DNA of 64,000 bases, from positions 1 through 64,000 of the forward strand of contig CATNEN010000025.1 of the NCBI GenBank assembly GCA_950097015.1. Direction: 5' to 3'. Every line of letters starts with the position of its first letter. Position 1 is the stretch's first letter. This document shows positions 62,693 to 64,000 of this stretch, piece after piece. The translations under genes and the position numbers were made by a program. Origin of the DNA: Macrostomum hystrix. Taxonomy: Eukaryota; Animalia; Platyhelminthes. A model generated the notes under the pieces. The model had not been told where the DNA came from. It made no database searches and saw only the letters and a list, made by a program, of their open reading frames with translations.

Positions 62693-63769
62693 AGACAGAA
62701 AGGAACGAATAGAAAAACTTTATGCACTTGTTTCATCATTTTGTTCTCCCATTAGTTCGACCGTTCTCCTGATTCTCCCACAATTACGAGTGTATACAAA
62801 TTTTACCCACTCCCTGTCTAACTCGCCCAGTTCTGCGCCATCCTAGCCCACAGCCCTCGTACAGCTTAGAATAACAAAACGGCTTGGCTTATCTGTAAGG
62901 ATTAGGGCGTCAAAATTCTTCTAAATCCATTGGACCCACAGACTCCCACTTTGGCTGTTTTATGAATAAAAATAGGCAACAAATGAAGTGGAATTAGGAC
63001 TGTCGTGGCTTGCAAAGAGGCCAAAATTATACTGTTAAAACGGTAGATTTTTTTGTTTAAAACTTATAAATCTTCTTAATCTTCTAAAACAATTTCCAAC
63101 TCGCTTCAATCCCAAGGTTGTGCTTTATTCTTCGCAAAATAATCCGACCAGTTTTCGTTGAATTCTATGTTTCGACCGAATACAGTGGAAAATCACTACT
63201 TCCTGTCCTTGTGACGGATGCTGAAAGTGGGGGCAGGCAGTGTCAAACAAAACATCGAAAACTGGAAAGAGAGAGAGAAAAAGTATGGCAGAGAAGGAAG
63301 CGGTTTCGACAGTGAAAGCGTGTCACTCAGGCTGTGCTTGAAGTCGAATGTTCATGTTTAATTTGTTGCTGTGTTTCGCCGCCCTGACTAGAGTTTCTGC
63401 TGGACTTCTTGACTCTGAGTTGAACGGGAAACATGTAATTTTTTTTATATCAACGAATTTAGTTCAGCACCACAGTTCCTAATACCAGAAATCCCACATT
63501 TACAGTTGCGGCGTGTTATGCACAAAAAATGATGCGTCACGCTCAGTGCGAAACGGAAACACGAGCAGTAAGCCTGTGGGAATCGTGGACAGCGACGACT
63601 GCGAAGCACTATTGGAGGGGAGCTAAGCTGCAGCTCTATGATTATCATAAATAGGAAATAAAAACTAAATTAGGCGAGGGCGTTGGCCAGTTGACTTTCC
63701 CTGGGGGAAACGGATCGATCCAACCTAATTTAAAAAAACTCGCAGAGTTAGTCTGCCCGGCTCTTGTAT

Positions 63770-64000
63770 GTCGTGCCCCTTGAATGTTTTCAACCGTTCA
63801 GACAACGTCGCTCTTCCTGTCCGTGTCCTTGAATGTCTTCAACTGTGTAGCAAAGCGTCGCTCTTCCTGTTCGTATCCTTGAGTGTCTACAACCGTTCAG
63901 ACAACGTCACTCTTCCTGTTCGTGTCCTTGAATGTCTACAACCGTTCAGACAACGTCACTCTTCCTATTCGTGTCCTTGAATGTCTACAACCGTTCAGAC
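63770..64000. repeat. 49-bp tandem repeat (AACCGTTCAGACAACGTCACTCTTCCTGTTCGTGTCCTTGAATGTCTAC), runs off window end
   Basis: AACCG at 63792, 63891, 63940 and 63989. Confidence 0.9.

Noticed and set aside
61647-62910. GACGCCCTAA / TTAGGGCGTC as hAT-like TIR pair
   Set aside because: Orientation is outward-facing, the match is only 10 bp, and there is no 8-bp TSD.

Overview
Eukaryotic (metazoan) genomic DNA. It is very rich in tandem repeats, has GC-rich exons and GT-AG introns, and uses the standard code. The style resembles an invertebrate such as a free-living flatworm (e.g. Macrostomum), which is inference only. I can assemble four intron-containing genes, all on the + strand: (1) a divergent calcineurin-B/CHP/CIB-type EF-hand gene (exons 1002-1184 and 1471-1828; 5' exon not in the window; one +1 frameshift in a T run); (2) VMA21 (3028-3193, 3855-4009; missed by the ORF track); (3) a 7-EC delta-1-like protocadherin with six coding exons over 33605-49458 (1126 aa); (4) a 983-aa single-pass mucin-like membrane protein (53108-55726, 55817-56149). 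Mobile DNA comprises two dead DD34D mariners (one with ~200-bp TIRs), a fold-back made of two inverted Tc1/IS630-type 5' ends, a 387-bp non-autonomous Helitron, and at least two tRNA-derived SINE-like families (7 copies of the main one). About a third of the window is mini- or microsatellite (units of 4-57 bp). This includes a 6.2-kb 17-bp array with a 1515-bp higher-order period and a 3.2-kb 57-bp array that is open as a Cys-rich frame. No CRISPR array, rRNA or intact tRNA gene was found. I found no clearly new biological system. The best leads are the protocadherin tail and isoforms, the long-TIR mariner, the mucin and the satellite architecture. All alignments and translations were done by eye.
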